Assembly: GCA_016700375.1 (NCBI GenBank)
Contig: CP065016.1
Location: forward strand, 60,001-92,000
Direction of reading: 5' to 3'
Source of the DNA: Candidatus Saccharimonadota bacterium
GTDB taxonomy: Bacteria; Patescibacteriota; Saccharimonadia; Saccharimonadales; UBA4665
Length of the DNA stretch: 32,000 nt
The position numbers were made by a program, and so were the translations under genes. Positions 29,591 through 32,000 of the stretch are shown here, in pieces. Every line of letters starts with the position of its first letter. Positions within the stretch are counted from its first letter, which is position 1. Under the pieces are notes generated by a model, which was given only the letters and a program-made list of their open reading frames with translations, was not told the DNA's origin and made no database searches.

Positions 29591-32000
29591 AAAAATTCTG
29601 AATGGCTTTGAGGTCGCGGGAGAGCCAGGCGAGGCGGGCGGAGATTTCTTCGTAGCCGATAGTTATGTTGCGTTGCAGCATGGGCTGGTCGAGTTTGCTG
29701 TCGAACAAAGCGTGGTATTTTTGCTCGTACTCCGGCGTGTTAACCACGGTGGCGGCGTAGCGGGGGAGGTAGTCGTACGATTTGTCATTTTCAAACGTTT
29801 TCTGCAACCAAGCCCATTCATCTACCATCCATTGCCAGGCGGTGTCACGCGTGTAGCGGTTGCGGAGTAGGTAAATAAGCCAGCGGTCGACATCTTGTGG
29901 TTTGACGAGCTTGCCGTCTTTAAGTCGGGCCAAGAGTTTTTCGGCAACGGCTATGTCGCGCGTGGCGGTCAGGGCATCGCAAGCGTCGCCCCTCAGGTCG
30001 CTGTTGTGGGTGGTATCGTGAAGGTTCAGAAGGAACTCGACGGCTTCCGCGTCGCCTTCTTTGACAGGCACAGACAGTATGAGTGGACGCAACTCGGCGG
30101 GTAGGGGGACATCCTTTTTTGCGTAGTCAGTAAACATTGTGCGCATGGTGGCGAGGATTGCTTCGTCTTCGCCGTACGCGCCAAGCCCCAGTATGAGGCC
30201 GCGAAGCTTTGTGTCGGCGGCAGATTCGTTTTTGCCCGGTTTCCAGCCAAGCCGCTTGTATTGTTGCTGCACTATGCTACGACTGAGGTGTTTTATGGCT
30301 GGCTCGAGCGATTCGTCGAGGTCTACAAACCGCCGCACTTCGCTAGCAACCAGGCCGATGATATCCCAGACTGGCTCACTGGCTTCGTTTTCGTAGGCGG
30401 TGAGGAGTCGTAATGTTTCGCCGTAGCTCTGGTGGCCCGCCCGAGCCAGCATAGCGCTGCTATTCAGTAGCATAAGTCTGTCAGCTTCGGCGAGCTGCTG
30501 CGAGGCCACCTGCTGCTCTATGTATTTCTTGGTGTTTGTAGACTGGTAGTCGACGAGATAATGCCCGCGCGCTCCCATATTCACCATAACAGGACTGTCC
30601 TTTGAAGCGGTCCATTTCACCTGGGATGTATCAAATACCTCTGGAGCGTTCACTTCGTTTGCAAATACCGGCACTGGCCACAGCCGGGTAGCATCGGCTT
30701 TGCTGGGGTCGTCAAGAAAGTGCTCTTGGCTAAGAGAAATGTCCGTAGAGGTTTGGGCGACGTGTACGACCGGAAAGCCGGAACGCTGAAGCCACGGGTT
30801 CATAAATGTGCCAACATCTTTTCTGCTGGCTGCGCTGAGCGCCGCCCAGAGGTCATCACCTCGGGTATTGCTGTAGGCGTGTTGGGTGAAATATGCGCTC
30901 AGTCCTTTGCGGAATGCGGCTTCGCCGATGTAGTGCTTGAGCATATTTAGCAGCCGTCCGCCCTTGGCGTAGACGATGCTGCCGTCGAAAAGTGTGCTGA
31001 TTTCGTCTGGGTGGTGTACGTCGACATGAACGGACTGTACGCCGTAGGTGGCGTCGCGCCGGAAGGCAGCCAGACCCTCGCTCGCAATAAACTGGTTCCA
31101 AACCTCCCACTGTGGGAACATGGCGTCGACCGCTTGGTATTCCATCATGTTGGCAAAGGATTCATTGAGCCACAGGTCGTCCCACCAGCGCATAGTCACG
31201 AGGTTGCCGAACCATTGGTGGCTGGTTTCGTGTGCCACCACCAGCGCAATGTATTCGCGTATACCTTGACTTGTCTGGCCGGGGTAGTCTAGTAAAACTC
31301 GCTCTCGGTAGGTTATAAGTCCCCAGTTTTCCATGGCACCGCTAGAAAAGTCTGGCAGGGCAACATGGTCGGCCTTGGGCAGTGGGTACGGTACGCCGAA
31401 ATAATCTTCAAAATATTCTATGCTGCGCGTAGCGACATCGAGTGCAAAGTCGAGCGACTCCGCTGGCTGTACTGTGGTGGCCCACACATTGACATCCACG
31501 CCAGATTTGGTTTTGGCAGATTTCTTGTGTAGGTTTCCCGTGACGAACGCCAGGAGGTAGGTGCTCATACGTGGTGTTGGTTGAAAGGTAGTTTGTAGTC
31601 GGTAGTTAGTAGTTTGTAGATGCCCAGATGTAGAACTGGCGCCTTTGACTCCTCGACTCCTTGACTCTTTGATTCCCCCTTGTTCCGCTATAGGTGTGTT
31701 GCTTAAAACCTGCACCCCCTCCTGCGTCATGAGCGTAAGCTCGAACACCGCCTTTGCTTCTGGCTCGTCTATGCACGGGAAGGCTTCGCGCGCATGGTGA
31801 CTCTCGAACTGAGTGGCAAACAACTTCTGTTCCTTGCCATCTGCGTCTTTCCAATAGCAGGGGTATATGCCGGTCATGCCGTCGGTGATTTTGCCTTCGA
31901 ACTCCATGGTCACTGTGTATTCGCCAGGGTACGCCATGCTTTCGGTATGCAGGCGCACTTCTTGGAAAGATTTGTGGTGGTTTATACGTGCGAGGGGTAG
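29580..32000 (-). CDS. pepN: aminopeptidase N (M1 family), 5' end outside the window
   Basis: It has the GAMENWG exopeptidase motif and the HETSHQWFGNLVTMRWWDDLWLNESFA zinc motif (HExxH-x18-E). The frame stays open to base 32000 (…LPLARINHHKSFQEV…). Confidence 0.9.
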   Translation of the reverse strand, partial: LPLARINHHKSFQEVRLHTESMAYPGEYTVTMEFEGKITDGMTGIYPCYWKDADGKEQKLFATQFESHHAREAFPCIDEPEAKAVFELTLMTQEGVQVLSNTPIAEQGGIKESRSRGVKGASSTSGHLQTTNYRLQTTFQPTPRMSTYLLAFVTGNLHKKSAKTKSGVDVNVWATTVQPAESLDFALDVATRSIEYFEDYFGVPYPLPKADHVALPDFSSGAMENWGLITYRERVLLDYPGQTSQGIREYIALVVAHETSHQWFGNLVTMRWWDDLWLNESFANMMEYQAVDAMFPQWEVWNQFIASEGLAAFRRDATYGVQSVHVDVHHPDEISTLFDGSIVYAKGGRLLNMLKHYIGEAAFRKGLSAYFTQHAYSNTRGDDLWAALSAASRKDVGTFMNPWLQRSGFPVVHVAQTSTDISLSQEHFLDDPSKADATRLWPVPVFANEVNAPEVFDTSQVKWTASKDSPVMVNMGARGHYLVDYQSTNTKKYIEQQVASQQLAEADRLMLLNSSAMLARAGHQSYGETLRLLTAYENEASEPVWDIIGLVASEVRRFVDLDESLEPAIKHLSRSIVQQQYKRLGWKPGKNESAADTKLRGLILGLGAYGEDEAILATMRTMFTDYAKKDVPLPAELRPLILSVPVKEGDAEAVEFLLNLHDTTHNSDLRGDACDALTATRDIAVAEKLLARLKDGKLVKPQDVDRWLIYLLRNRYTRDTAWQWMVDEWAWLQKTFENDKSYDYLPRYAATVVNTPEYEQKYHALFDSKLDQPMLQRNITIGYEEISARLAWLSRDLKAIQNFFKP
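31588..31676. repeat. paired short-period tandem arrays inside pepN, locus H6
   Basis: On the plus strand there are five 7-bp units gtagttt gtagtcg gtagtta gtagttt gtagatg (31588-31622). There are also four 8-bp units ttgactcc tcgactcc ttgactct ttgattcc (31645-31676). The core TTGACTC is the reverse complement of the H4 unit GAGTCAA. Confidence 0.7.

Noticed and set aside
1-32000. Search by eye for tRNA, rRNA, tmRNA and RNase P features (T-loop GGTTCGAATCC-like strings, long ORF-free GC-balanced blocks).
   Set aside because: Nothing convincing was found. The only ORF-poor blocks are explained by IS ends and repeats. A proper tRNAscan/Infernal run is still advisable.

Overview
This is a compact, gene-dense bacterial window at roughly 50% GC by eye. 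It uses the standard genetic code: TGA serves as a stop for gatC and for the IS3 orfB. All functional calls come from motif recognition by eye; no database search was possible. About 28 protein genes are supported. They are nadD, a split transketolase (N- and C-terminal subunits), class II fructose-bisphosphate aldolase, a PfkB-family kinase, a LOG-family protein, uvrB, gatC-gatA-(small membrane protein)-gatB, galU, a YtxG/YtxH-like pair, a NUDIX hydrolase, dnaE, a CAP/SCP-domain membrane protein, a SpoU/TrmH methyltransferase, a PilB/GspE ATPase, rplS, rnhB, a GIY-YIG nuclease, yraN, a 5'-truncated aminopeptidase N, and several hypothetical proteins. The gene content (split tkt, type IV pilus ATPase, tiny intergenic spacers) would fit a small-genome Patescibacteria/Saccharibacteria-like organism, but that is a low-confidence guess. 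No tRNA, rRNA or CRISPR array was seen. The unusual content is in the repeats. (1) Two intact IS elements (IS3 family and IS1595 family) have recognisable inverted repeats and target-site duplications. (2) A MITE is present in two copies, with 4-bp duplications, immediately after the uvrB and dnaE stop codons. (3) A dispersed family of 'GTCAT...ATC' stem-loops has at least 13 copies, and an inverted pair of them brackets the GIY-YIG nuclease gene. (4) A second, unrelated repeat class consists of paired 7-bp tandem arrays at six loci. (5) There are apparent in-frame repeat insertions in rnhB and pepN, and possibly gatB. (6) Many genes show a -10 box only 6-10 nt from the ATG with no Shine-Dalgarno sequence, which suggests leaderless transcripts.
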